Below, one piece after another: positions 52,156-64,000 of a stretch of DNA of 64,000 bases. The stretch comes from Oopsacas minuta. Taxonomy: Eukaryota > Animalia > Porifera. The notes below the pieces were generated by a model. That model saw only the letters and a program-made list of their open reading frames with translations, had not been told where the DNA came from and made no database searches. The DNA lies in contig JAKMXF010000346.1 in the NCBI GenBank assembly GCA_024704765.1, positions 6,015-70,014 on the forward strand, read 5' to 3'. Position numbers and translations under genes: made by a program. How positions within the stretch are numbered: the first letter of the stretch is position 1; every line of letters starts with the position of its first letter.

Positions 52156-52849
52156 CTTCCCCTTAATGTAACTACGAGTATTATCTTAGCAGCCGATTCA
52201 GCTGCCGATTCAAACCCCCACTACAACACCTTTTTCTCAAAATGTATGGGATCTATTTTGAAATGAACCATACCAGTGTAGGGATGAAAGTTGGTACATT
52301 TCATATCATCACTCATAATCACCAAATTTTACATGATGAGTAAGCAATTTTATATTACATTTGGTCCAGGTTTTTATTTATATCTCCCATAATATTTGTG
52401 ATAACAACTTATCATATTCATCATATTTACATCTCACTTGCTACATTGTGTATATCCATTTTGAAATTAAAAACATTATCTTAGAAAAGTTATTGAACGC
52501 CCGAACTTTACTTCGGAATTTCATAGAGGACCAATTTGTACTATAAATAATGAAGTATGTATGACATTACAGCGTACGTAAATATGATAAGTATTTAGTA
52601 TCATTTTCAATTCTATGGTGGTTTCTAGATATTCATTAGAAGATATTTGTAATATAATAAATACCACAACACCATTGTAATTGCAGTTATCATACATTAT
52701 GCAAAACATTACTTTTTGAATAGAAAAGAGTACCCAAATCGAAAGTATTACAAGATACTAATTAATCATATATTACAATTTGTCTGTCTATATTTTCTGT
52801 GTTTCACTGATTGATGAACCAATGAGAAATACTGACCGAATTTCCCTTG

Positions 52850-53300
52850 TCTATTAGAACAGGCTAAACCTGAAAGAGGTGGACTATTTATGCAAAATCT
52901 TTACAGGTATATAAGGAAGAGTAACAAATGTCTGGACCAGATAAGATTTCAAGAGACGATCAACACTTCGATTTGTAATTATCAATGCCAGAATGCTAAG
53001 AGAATCAAGAGTTAACTCCAGGCCATAGGTCTCCTAATGAATGCTCCAAAAAATAGATAGTAACTTCTTTCTGATTCAAATTTGTACACATTGTAAGGTA
53101 AACGTTTGTAAGAGAGATTTGGGGATATAATTCCTAGATTGAGTATGATAATTGTAAGGATAAGAATTTAGATTTCATGTTCATTGTTTGCTTTAATACG
53201 AACATAACTCCCAGGACTTTGCATATTAGTGTTGTGTAATTTCCAAATTATGCTTAATATAATGTAGCTTTTAAATGCATCTTGGTTAGAGAAAAGGTCA
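52850..53300 (-). pseudogene. Possible 3' relic of a CR1/L2-like non-LTR retrotransposon
   Basis: Degenerate minus-strand coding with a terminal PD.C...PC-like Cys motif reminiscent of CR1/L2 ORF2 ends; weak. Confidence 0.25.
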
Positions 53301-53397
53301 TATAATTGTTCCATATAATCCAACTGTCGATACATATACGTATATACTTACATTTGTGATCTTTGTCACAATCAATTTTCATATTTAGATGAGATCT

Positions 53398-53530
53398 CAC
53401 AAAGTATTCAAGATTCATCTATACAAATTGTTTTTTGATAGAATTACTCAAAAAATATCCAAGTTCCATTTATACATAATGGTTTTTGATAGAATTACTC
53501 ACAAAATATTCAAGATTCATATATATAAAA
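53398..53530. repeat. Short tandem repeat, ~51-bp unit, ~2.6 copies
   Basis: Unit approximately CACAAAGTATTCAAGATTCATCTATACAAATTGTTTTTTGATAGAATTACT, visibly repeated. Confidence 0.8.
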
Positions 53531-53847
53531 TATTTATTGTTTCACTAATAATCTTATTGGTAAATATGTAATTTTCGCTGCCATAAAGTGAAACCAATGA
53601 TTAAGTTGCTTTTAATAATAAAGGAGAGATAGTACGGGCTGGTAATGATTACCTAAATTCTGAATATATAAACCATTTGAAGTTGGCTCCTTGAAAATTG
53701 ATCTAAACTTGATCCATTACATGAAAACCCAGCTCAACGAATTCCAGTAGGGCCCAAAACACCCAAATATCTATATTTAATAACCACGAGTTGCAAATAC
53801 CTCTTAATAAGTAGCTCATTTCCCAACTTTATTAATCCCCATAATAT

Positions 53848-56800
53848 TTACCCAATCCTGAATATTCTTAAATTACCTTGAGTATTAACATACTTAGTAC
53901 GGAAAAACGCATTGCAACTCGCATTTAATTTACCAAGCATGTTTTCAACGATAATTGCACGTAATTCTTTATGATAGGTTTTACTGCCAGTTATCAGATA
54001 AGAAATTGCAGAAAAATAATAGTTTCCATCACCTGATATTTGTTGCTGTTGTTCCGGGATTATACACATATAATCTTTCACCATTATCAAAAAAATTATC
54101 TAAAGAATAGACAATCTGATTACTATAATGTAGTTTCCATTTCTTACAGGTAGCAATTTTCTATTCAATATGTGGTGGACGAAAGCTTGGTATAATATAT
54201 CGTATTATACTTACATAACATAGACAACTTCTGACGCTTAATAGGGATTAATTTATCTTTTACTACAGTTTTTTCTCTATTAAATTGAGGAAATTCATAT
54301 GTTTTCGATTTCAAATAGCCACAATACTGTTTCATTTTCCTTCTGAAATATCTCTTATTCGCTTACGACCTTTAAAACTTTTATCAGCTCTGGGATGAAA
54401 AGTAAAATTGAAAGCGGAAATTCTACTAGTTATACCTGGATAAAATACTCTAGGCCTCAAATTTGATTTCTAATTCAAAATGTCTAATTTAACTTTACGC
54501 ATCCAGTTCTCTACAATAGCGTTACTATAATACGAATAATTATTTCCAACTGAAACACTGTGGGGCCTAATATAACACCACTCCATAATGGCAGAATAGG
54601 TAAGTAGTAAGTTAAAATATATTCTATAAGGCTAGGATAATAGCAAGGATTCGAATCAAATGCTTTGGTGTGATTATTGTTGATAGCATTTTCACATTGT
54701 TTACTTATATATGCAAAATGTTTGCCAAAGGGAGACCTGTCTCTTATGGTCTTACCATCCTTAATATCGATAGGATCATTATCACTATCCTCATCATATA
54801 AACTTTCATTTGTATCATCTAAATCAGAATAACTGTCACTAATATAAAACTCTAATGTTTTAATATTGGTTAATACATGTTCATTTATATATTTACTCTT
54901 AAACACATAACACAAAGAAGTAAACACAGAACTTATTTGAGTAATATTAGTACAACGCACCAGATATCCAAAGGAATACAAAAACAACTTTCTCACTTCT
55001 TTATTTAACTTAAATTTCCTATTAATGTGAAAGCCAATGCCATGCATTATATGGGCAGAACATAAATGGAGAATCAATTTTAATTCTAGTTCCTGATTGG
55101 GAGAATTTGTATCCACTCTATTCCAACATTTATCAAGATATATATCGATATCACATTTAAGAAAAGCATTACACACACTATGAATTAACGCCCAGCTGAA
55201 ATCTATCTCAATTTGTCCTATATTAATATTATAACCTAATATTTTCTTTGCTTCAAGATACCATTTGTGTAGAAAATAACTAATCTCAGCGCTAGTATGA
55301 CCAGAACTGATCATCTTTGCCAGAGGTACAGGACTGGCAGAATAAGTTGGATGTTGTACTGTGAGAGCATAATAAAATACTTTGTGCTGGGAAGATTCAA
55401 TCTTTCGAATGATTGAGCCAGTAGCATCTAGGTGAAGAATTATGCTTTTATCTTTAAAACATTTTAATATTTTAATTTGGTCTTCAGTATATAAATGAAT
55501 AATAAAGGGGTTATCTCCTAATGACTGAATGTACCCTCTAACATTACTACCCACTATAGCATTCCGATAATACTGTTGTAAACTGATCAATTCACTCCAA
55601 TTATCATTAGAGAACCTCTGTAAACTTGGCAAATCAAATTTTTCCTTCCTTAATACAGCAGCGCTTTTAATTTTGTTTAGATTGCCGAAATTAAGCGCTA
55701 AATTTCTATTTTCTGTAGACTCGAATTGGTTATAGAAATATTTACTTACAGATGTGTTTGCTACTTGTGTGGCTACTTTTAACCTATTAGAATTACACAA
55801 ATTTCTTGCGTAAACAATGTTATTATTTAAATGTTCATCAGATAGAGTACCAGAAACTATGTAATTCACGATAATACAATCATTGGTGTGACTTTCAAGA
55901 GGATTCTTGTTGATAATGAATGTAAAAGTAAAACAATTGCGAAATTTACACTCTGCATTTGCTCTATAAAAACAACTGTTCAGTTTTCTACTTTTAGATT
56001 TCTTTATTTGTGGTATTTAAAACAAAGTACACAATGAAATATTCCTTCCAATTTGGAATTAAATAAGTTAGTCCGATCTTTTGAAAGTATAACACAATCA
56101 CCCACGATTCTAGTAATATTTTCCCATTCTATAAAGTTAAGTAAAAAGCTACCCATACTTTGTCCCATAGTGCTGGACTCGTCAATGATTACCTCATTAA
56201 GGATATCACCATCATCTAGGGTTGGGACAAGTGACACATAATTAACGTTATATTTATCGATGACAACACTAGTTTCTGAGTGACCAATATCAAGTGCAAG
56301 TTTAGATTACATATTTGGATGTGAATCAACCAACAACGGAATTTTTGAAGAGTTAACAGTGCCTAGTTTTCTGACAGAGTTGAATGAAATGAAAATATTA
56401 GACTCATATTTTCTCGAATGGATGCAGCAAAGTTAAGAAATTCCTCGAGTTGTGCTACTGTGATAATGAGATAAGTACTTCCAAACAAATCCAAAATTCG
56501 ACAGTTGATGTTGCCAACTAATATCCATGCTTCTAATAAGCAACTATCTCTCTTAACAAGCCTGAAGTTTCTTAGGTGCTCATATAGAAACTCATTGAAT
56601 TTTTTGCACTCCTCATGGATTATCCCATTAATGAGCATGAATTCGCCACTAATGCGAGGACATTCTGACCCTAAAAATTTCAGTGCGTCTAACCATAGAA
56701 GATTATCATAATCAATGTACGTCCAAAAGAGGGTATCGGTGACCTCAGTCTGAGGAGGAGAAGAAGACAGGGTACTCTTCAAACTATATAGTTCAGGTTG

Positions 56801-57266
56801 TTCGCAACCAGATTCCAATAAGCCTAAGAATTTGCTATTTAACACTTCCCGCTCCAAGCTATCTACACTAAAATCTGTATCTAATTGACTACTACTAATA
56901 TTACTAGGATCTAAACTATTAACATGAATACTATCTGAATCTAACCTGGTGCTAACGTTTTCTACAGCCAACTGGAATTTATCAGTACCGGAATCGCTAT
57001 TCCACTTACGGCTGTTACTTCCATACTTTGTTTATATAATCCTGTTAATAATTGCGATTTAGTTTCCATTTTATGTAGAAAGGAGCACGTGTGTTTGACT
57101 TATTCTTATTGAATATGAGAATGGATAACTTTCTCCATACTGACTTCGCCCTTCGCCTGCCCCCGTTATCCAAGGCTACCTTAAGTTTATCAAAATCATT
57201 GTAGCCCAGTTGGGTGATTGTAGTTACAAATTGTTCCAAAGATGTCATGCCTGGAAGTAAGAACAC
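53848..57266 (-). pseudogene. NOF-like Mutator (MULE) transposase with C-terminal OTU-like region, frameshifted
   Basis: ORF 54511-55869: LHLDATGS, FYYA, IEIDFSWALI and HLCSAH, resembling the Drosophila NOF-FB 120.7 kDa-type proteins as I recall them. A downstream ENWMR.VKLDI motif and ISGDGNYYFSAISYLITG (OTU GDGNC-like) follow. TIRs not found. Confidence 0.65.
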
Positions 57267-57317
57267 AATCTATGCCAAAAAGAACGACTAATTTTCTGAC
57301 ACATTTGCATATAACCA

Positions 57318-57497
57318 CAGTAAACTCCCCTTTTATCGGAAACAAGAGACTGCAATATTTCCTTCTATATCCGCGAATTTCGATATAACCGATAGATTTA
57401 TGTTTCTTTAACGATTTGTGTCTATATTTGCATTATTTCAGACTTCGATATAGCGAGGATTTCTAAATATCACGTTCGATATACCGGGAGTTTACTG
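57318..57497. repeat. Tigger/pogo-type MITE, ~180 bp
   Basis: Inverted ends CAGTAAACTCCC and GGGAGTTTACTG, with internal CGATATA motifs. Confidence 0.75.
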
Positions 57498-60400
57498 TGC
57501 AAAATTACAAAATTAATTAGGAAAGATAATCACATGATTGAAGTGAATGAAATTTAGTAGAACTGTTGTAATGAAGAAAATTTGTGTAAGAAATGAAGTT
57601 GAAATAAAGTTGAAGAATATCAAAAGTATTGTGGTCGTGAGAAACGAAATCACTCAATTACAGTTACAAATGTTTATTGATTGATATTTACATTCTTAAT
57701 TCTTAATTTAGTACAAAGTTCAAAAATCTAAACTGACATAACTGGCCCTAATAATTGAGAAGAAATATATTTGACCTCAAGAATTTAGTCATGCTAAGTA
57801 AATTTACACTAAGAATATTCAAGTAATCAATACATAGCTACCAAGCATACAAATCATCAAACAAATACTGTTCATCTGTGTAATTTCTACGTAAAGTTTG
57901 TCCGTTCATAACTTTTTCAAAAATAATCATTTTAATATCAATTGGAGATACACAATATACCAAGTGAAATGTAAATATGATTGAAATGATGATTGTTATC
58001 ACAATTATTTTATGAGATATTATTAAAAAACCTCGAGCAAAATGAAATACAAAATTGCTTACTCATCATGTAAATTTGGTGTTTATGGGTAATCATATGA
58101 AATGCACCAACTTTCCTCTTTTCACAATAGAACCCATACTTTTTGAGAAAAAGGTGTTTTAGTGGGGATTTGAATCGACTTCTTAGATAACATCCGTAAT
58201 GCAACTTTAGAAGCCTGAAGGTTCTTCATGCAATTTTTTGATGCACAAGGTTCAGTGGCCTATATTATTGTCCCCAAATGAAAACTATTAAGTAGAATTT
58301 TATGCTAACAACTGTTTTTCAGAAGTCGATAAACATAACTGGGAGCGAAACCAAAGTCAGGACCTCTAGCTTCTACAAGATAGTGCTGCCTCTCACTTAT
58401 CTAAGCTCGTGAAGTCTGTATTGGAAGGCATTAAGACAACCAAACTAGAACATCTACCCTACTAACCTTGCCTTCGCAAGACTTCTTCCCTCCTGAAGAC
58501 TACAAACAAGTATTTTTCTACTCGTGATCCCGTCTACAATGAGGATTTGAGTGTAAGGGTATTATATCGAAATGATAATTTTCTTTTAGATATTCAGTGC
58601 AATAATGAGATTATATTTATGGCCCAAGATATTATTGAACGACTGTAGTACATCGTACTACCACGGTAGTATAGGGACCCTTTTGAGCCAAGTCATGCAA
58701 ATATTTAGTACCTTATATGCATCTTCCATACTCACTTCTGTTAGGAATAGAAATCAATCTTAACTTAGAGAACAGTTTGATACCTGGGTCATAGGAATGT
58801 GAATTGTACACAATATCAGCAATAATCCCAGCACATATTTCTGTATATGAGTTAGACGGTTTGATTGCTTAGCAGCATGGGTTGGCCAGCATTTGAAAAA
58901 GAGTTGGTCCAGAAAGTGTTGCTGTATCATACCAGAAAGTGTAGTCCTTGGGTACGGATCCCTTTTTTTCTGGGACCACCTATGTTGAATACCGATAAAC
59001 GAATATTATTATGTTAACCAAGCTGATCTGAGTATATACATCTTTATTCTACCAATAAATATGTTCACACAAAAATAATCTATCATCTGCAGGGTGTCTC
59101 AAAAGTATTTTACTCATCTGAATACCACTATATCAGGACGTTCAATAAGTCTTGCAGGTCATGATATTTCTTAGGAATTAGTCAAGTAGTATATCTAACT
59201 TTCATATATTATAAGCCCATATAGTTAAACTCCATATACTGAAAGTTTCAAGCATATTCAATACAAATTATGAATTTTTGAGATAGTTACGTGTAGTCAA
59301 TTTATACCCACTGTTAAATTTATGGCTCCAAAGAATGATAGTTTCAACCTCAAATGGCGCGCTTATATAGAGTTTCGCACAATACTCAAGATCCAGCGAG
59401 TTACAGGAGATATTGTGCGTGGATTGCCCTTCCAGATCTCTCTAGAGTGATGGGCTGCCCGTTTTAGATCTGGTGATGCTGATGTCACAGATTTGCATCG
59501 ATCTGGAAGACAGGTTCCACCACCACTTCAGAGAATATCGCATTCATTGAAAGTATGGTCATGGAAGACAAGTGCATTACTGTCAATCAGTTAGAACAAA
59601 GTATTGGAGATTTCATCGAGAGCTATTCGTACAATTCTGACGACTGAGCTTGGCTACCGATCGATTTGTGGGGAATGGGTCCCGCATAAGCTCAGTGAGA
59701 ATCAAAGGTTGACACCACTGAATATTGCCAAGAAACTCTTGGAAATATATGAGAACTGCGATTCTAGACGCCTAACAGAGATTATTACTCGTGACGAGAC
59801 GTGGGTGTACTATTCAACACCATGTAGCAAGTATAAGAAGCAATCATGGGTGAGGGGCCACGAACAACTGGTGAAAATTCCTAGGCCCGACTTCCGAAAA
59901 CCTAAGATTATGTATACCATCTTCTTCAGTAGTCATGGAATTGTCTTGCAATTACCTTGTGAGAGTGGCAAGGCTGTTACTGCTTACTTTCTTTACAGGG
60001 CAAGTGCTTCCAAATTTGATAAAAAATATAGAAAAGTACCGCCCGAAGACCGGAACTCGAGGAATTAAGATTTTAATTGATAACGCCAGTTCCCATACAG
60101 CTAAGCTTACCAAAGGTTTTTTGGATGTAGAAAGGTTGGAATTACTTCCCCATCCGCCATACTCACCAGACCTAGCTCTGTGTGATTTTTGGCTATTCCC
60201 CAAGCTTAAAATCTACCTTCAAGGCAAAGATTTTATCACATTACAAGCACTCGGAACGGGCCTGTACCAGGGGCCGTATTCACTAAGATTTAAGCTCATA
60301 TTTAAGTATGTACTTAAGTACAAAAGTTAAGTAACCTACCGAGGTTGCTTAAGTTATTCAAGCTCTATTTTGAGTTTCCAAACATATTATATTTATCGAT

Positions 60401-60574
60401 AACATTGATGTAATCACTTCAGTCACTCGTTTTCTTTGATTAATTCATGCTTTCACTATAAATTATGATTTTCTATGATGTTACAATATGACTAAATCGT
60501 ATATCTAAAGCTGCTGCTGTTGATCTTTTTCTAAAAGTCTCTGCTTTTTATGACGATAATACTCCCTCTGCTCT

Positions 60575-61227
60575 TCAATCAGCTGTAGTTGAGCGGAAAT
60601 ACTTCCATCTGTTTAAGGAGCACTTCTCGTGCAGAGGAAGTAAATTAGAGACCTTTGTTGACTGTTCGATGCTCCTCTTACGCCTACACCTTCCCTCTGG
60701 ATGACTGCTAACTACAGTAACTTCTGGTCCCTCAAACACTGGTGTTACTTCTCTGCTTTCGCTAATCTCAGTGTGTGAAGGCAATGTTGTTGGGGCTAGA
60801 AACATATCAGCACTACCACATATTCCAGAGAACGCTGGCGTACTTGAGAACATCTGTGATACTCTCTCCGTCACAGATGTGGACATTTCCCTATCGGAGC
60901 TAAGGATCCGGAGGTCTTCATCCTCCACTTCACCAGCTTCATTTGGTCCTCCTCCTGTCCTCCTCGCTTCCCTTCGACTGGAATCCACACGGGCTTTTGC
61001 GCAACCTTTTAGATTGTTCCACTTCTTCTTAATATCTTTCACATCTCGGTTGTTGCCATGGATAGAATTGATTTTTCTCATAACATTGTTCCAAAGCCTC
61101 GTCTTTTTTTGTTTATCTCCGCGCACTGACCAGCAGTACCTCTCAATATATCTCCAGCATCCTGGATTGCCTCAATGAGTGTATATTCCTCCTCCTTTGT
61201 CTAATTTACTTTGCGACCTTTGTCCAT
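60575..61227 (-). pseudogene. Harbinger Myb/SANT-like DNA-binding ORF2, disrupted
   Basis: MDKGRKVN*TKEEEYTLI...KKTRLWNNVMRKINS...RDVKDIKKKWNNLK; same strand as the transposase and inside the TIRs. Confidence 0.8.
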
Positions 61228-61457
61228 ACTCTTGCTTTGGAATATCAATAACCTCCACCAATTTATAGTTTTCATAATGCAATAACTAGCTCCCAATTCA
61301 AGTGCGATACTTGACACATTTCACAAATAAATATCCCAACTACAAAGACCAACACCCTACTTAGATGATTCAAAACTACAATTTCCATGTTACCATATAA
61401 TCACTAACTGTGCAAAATGTTTCCATATCTACATCACAACATACATACTATGTGAAT

Positions 61458-62503
61458 TTAGTTGCTGAAATTATGAATAGAAAATTGATCCCTGTAATGC
61501 TTTGATGCCAAATGCCCAACAGTTTTTTCAAAGTCAAGAACATCATCCGGATAGGAATCATCGGAGACTTCATCTTCTAAGAGATGTTGTTTCTACTGTA
61601 TTGCTATGTTATGCAATACTGCACAAGCAACTATGATGGAACAAACTTTATCTGGACTCATCCTGAGCTCTCCATGAAGACAGTGGAATCTTCGTTTCCA
61701 TCGCCCAAATGTCTGTTCAACAATAACCCTTGTCCTCTTATGTGCATATTGTAGTTAAATTGGGGAGTAGATATTGGTTGGCGATAAGGAGTGAGTAAAT
61801 ATGGCCTCATAATGTAACCGCTATCTCCTAATATATGCTCCCCTATTGAAAAGGTATTTTCAACATGCATCCCAACACCTGAATTCTTCCAAATCCGTGA
61901 ATCGTGAACAGACCCATGAAAACGTGCCAATACATCACTAAACATTCCATCTGGTTGGCAAATAGCTTGGACATTAATTGAGTGGTAAAAATGCCGATTT
62001 ATATAATCTGCTTCATTTTCCGAGGGTCTTTGGATTCGTATGTGTGTTCCGTCAACTAATCCTACTACGCCTGGAAAGTGAGCAATTTCATAAAACTTGT
62101 TTTTGACTTCTACCCTCTTGAGACCAGCAGGCAAACTAACAAACTGATGGTATATAGCTTGCAAACACAGAGAAACATCTCGGATATAACGAGAGGCAGA
62201 AGCTTGGCTTACGTTTATCCCATCTCCACAAATTATCTGGAACGTTCCAGAAGAGAAAAATTGAAGTGCCACACAAACTTGCAAGTGAGGGGAAGCAACA
62301 CAAGAACGCTCGGCGAAATTCAAATAGTTAGCTATCAACTCTGTAATTTTAGATATTGAAGCTCTAGAGAAACGGAAACGTCGAACAAGTTCCATATCAT
62401 CATAACAATCTAGGGGATCATTGAGATCCCTGAAAACTCGTTGACGTGCCATTGAGGAAGAGGTTTCTTCTTCTGCGAGAATTAGTGGAATCATCTGTGC
62501 CAT
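61458..62503 (-). pseudogene. Harbinger (HARBI1-like) DDE transposase, one frameshift and one stop
   Basis: FPGVVGLVDGTHI, SINVQAIC, GSVHDSRIW and LGDSGY, then frameshifted [16 protein letters not shown] and ACAVLHN. Confidence 0.92.
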
Positions 62504-63524
62504 TTGTTTATATTAAATTACTGGAATATTTATATATTATATTTGATCATAATTGTATTTAGCAAAACAGTCATTAGTGTAACTTGGAATGTATAATTCA
62601 GAATGATAGTATTTAACATTACGTACAAAGTAATGCATTCCTTAGTAACACATATGTTATATCATAAGCGTTCGAAGAATTCCTTGTAACATTATTTGTG
62701 AAGTATTTCATGAACGTAAACCACAATATTATCGTGAGATCATGCATAAAATATGGAAAGTTTTGAAAATATATTCCTGAATGATTGAAAGTAATTCTGT
62801 AAAGCAATCCATCAGAAACTCACAAATTCATGAATATAAGTGATACTTAAGTACTAAGTATGCTTAGTGAATACGGCGGCAGTACTTCAAATCCATTCCC
62901 GAATAAGAGCACAGAAATGTGTTTTACAAGTGGGTGGAAAGGTTAAAACTTTGTGTATTTGCAGGAGGGGATTACTTTGAATAAATAATATAGTGAATTA
63001 GTGTGTATAATGTTTGCATCATATTATATGATATCACCCGCAAAACTTGCTGAACGCCCTAGTAATTTAGATTTTCTTGGATACATTCACCTAATAATTT
63101 GCCTCTATATTCACCATTAAGTTTATACTTACATGAATTAATTCAACCCGGCATCCCTTCAATTTCTCAATTATTGAGAGGCTAATCCCATTCCATTTGT
63201 TTCCAAATATTTTCTGAGTTGTGTTAAATTTGTAGCGGGGTTTCTCTTGTCTAGCTCTGCTTGCGTAATAGACCAAAGATCTACGATGGGATTTATATCT
63301 GGGGAGTTACTAGGCCAAAGACCTTTCTCCCAAAAGCCCGGCAGATGCTCTGAAATCCATTTCTGGACCTCATAGTTGTATGAACAGGGGCGCCATCCTC
63401 CATGAAAATTATAGCGGACATCTTTCGACTCATTTTCATTTGGTAAGTGGGGTCCTTAGTCTTTCTGTACTTAAAGATAGGAAGACAACACTTCTCCAGG
63501 ATGTAATTTATATGGTATTCAGTA

Positions 63525-63725
63525 CAGTCGAAGCCGCTTAATCGGGACTGGGATAATCGAGGTATCCGCTTAAACGGGACAATGGTTTGGGAACAGATTA
63601 TTTACATAGAAAAATCGTCGGATAATTGGGACATTGAATCGGTTAATTGGCATTTTTATCCCGATTACCCGAATATTTGAAATTTCTTAATCGGTTATTC
63701 AGGAATTCTTATCCCGATTAACCAG
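63525..63725. repeat. Tigger/pogo-like terminal sequence or MITE with repeated TAATCGG/CCGATTA motifs
   Basis: TA|CAGTCGAAGCCGCTTAATCGGGAC followed by several (T)AATCGG/CCGATTA repeats; no matching right end resolved. Confidence 0.5.
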
Positions 63726-64000
63726 ATATGAATTATATTCGCTTAATTCTGATTTCTATCCTATTAAACGATTGTATATTTATACAGAATCGTTGTAAAA
63801 TGGTTTGTTTTAAAACTTGGAATTTGAATATTATCTACAAATATAACAATACAACCCCGATGCGATTACAATTTACTAAACTAAGATTATTAACATTAAC
63901 ACTGCTCACTTGCCTCAGGTTCCATTGGCTATTCCACCGTGTATAATTCCCTCAATAATGACCACACTGTTGGATATCCAAACGTTTTGCGTGGGTTGTA

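Larger units (their letters stand above)
60271..62879 (-). mobile_element. PIF/Harbinger element with two genes
   Basis: TIRs GGGCCGTATTCACTAAG and CTTAGTGAATACGGCGG; 3-bp TSD CAG at 60268-60270 and 62880-62882. Confidence 0.9.
59133..63062 (+). mobile_element. mariner (DD34D) element split by a Harbinger insertion
   Basis: Imperfect TIRs TCAGGACGTTCAATAAGT and ACTTGCTGAACGCCCTAG, TA-flanked. Motifs WVPHKL, RDETW and IDN...PDLALCD (34). The frame resumes after 62882 as YFKSIPE*EHRNVFYKWVERLKLCVFAGGDYFE. Confidence 0.88.

Noticed and set aside
52190-52235. ADSAADSNP, superficially like the NDK exon 3 start (ADSKPG)
   Set aside because: No GTIRGD/IHGSD follows and there is no acceptor context.
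59090-59132. Orphan CAGGGTGTCTCAAAA TIR-like sequence next to the mariner left end
   Set aside because: No matching right end was found; it may be a fragment of another Tc1/mariner but cannot be delimited.
1-64000. tRNA, rRNA, snRNA genes, CRISPR arrays or prokaryotic operons
   Set aside because: None were recognised by eye; the sequence is eukaryotic with spliceosomal introns. A covariance-model scan was not run.

Overview
AT-rich eukaryotic DNA, probably from an invertebrate animal (inferred from the transposon repertoire; the species cannot be determined here). It is mostly decayed and nested DNA transposons: hAT, Tc1/mariner (DD34D, DD34E, DD37D), pogo-like, Harbinger, NOF-like MULE, Ginger-like, Chapaev3-like, Transib/RAG1-like and MITEs. 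One host gene is recognisable, a group I nucleoside diphosphate kinase. Its coding exons lie at 23479-23619 and 48297-48458, separated by a ~24.7-kb TE-filled intron, and its 3' exon(s) were not found in the window. The most striking object is inside that intron: hAT (8-bp TSD) > Transib/RAG1-like (5-bp TSD) > Chapaev3-like (3-bp TSD), with all TSDs intact. The Transib ends start with the exact RSS heptamer CACAGTG and share a second 10-bp block at 9 vs 18 bp spacing, a one-helical-turn asymmetry like the 12/23 rule. The nested Chapaev3-like element shows a parallel 5 vs 15 bp asymmetry. A second, older Transib relic hosts its own hAT > maT nest. All family calls come from motifs read by eye; no searches were run.
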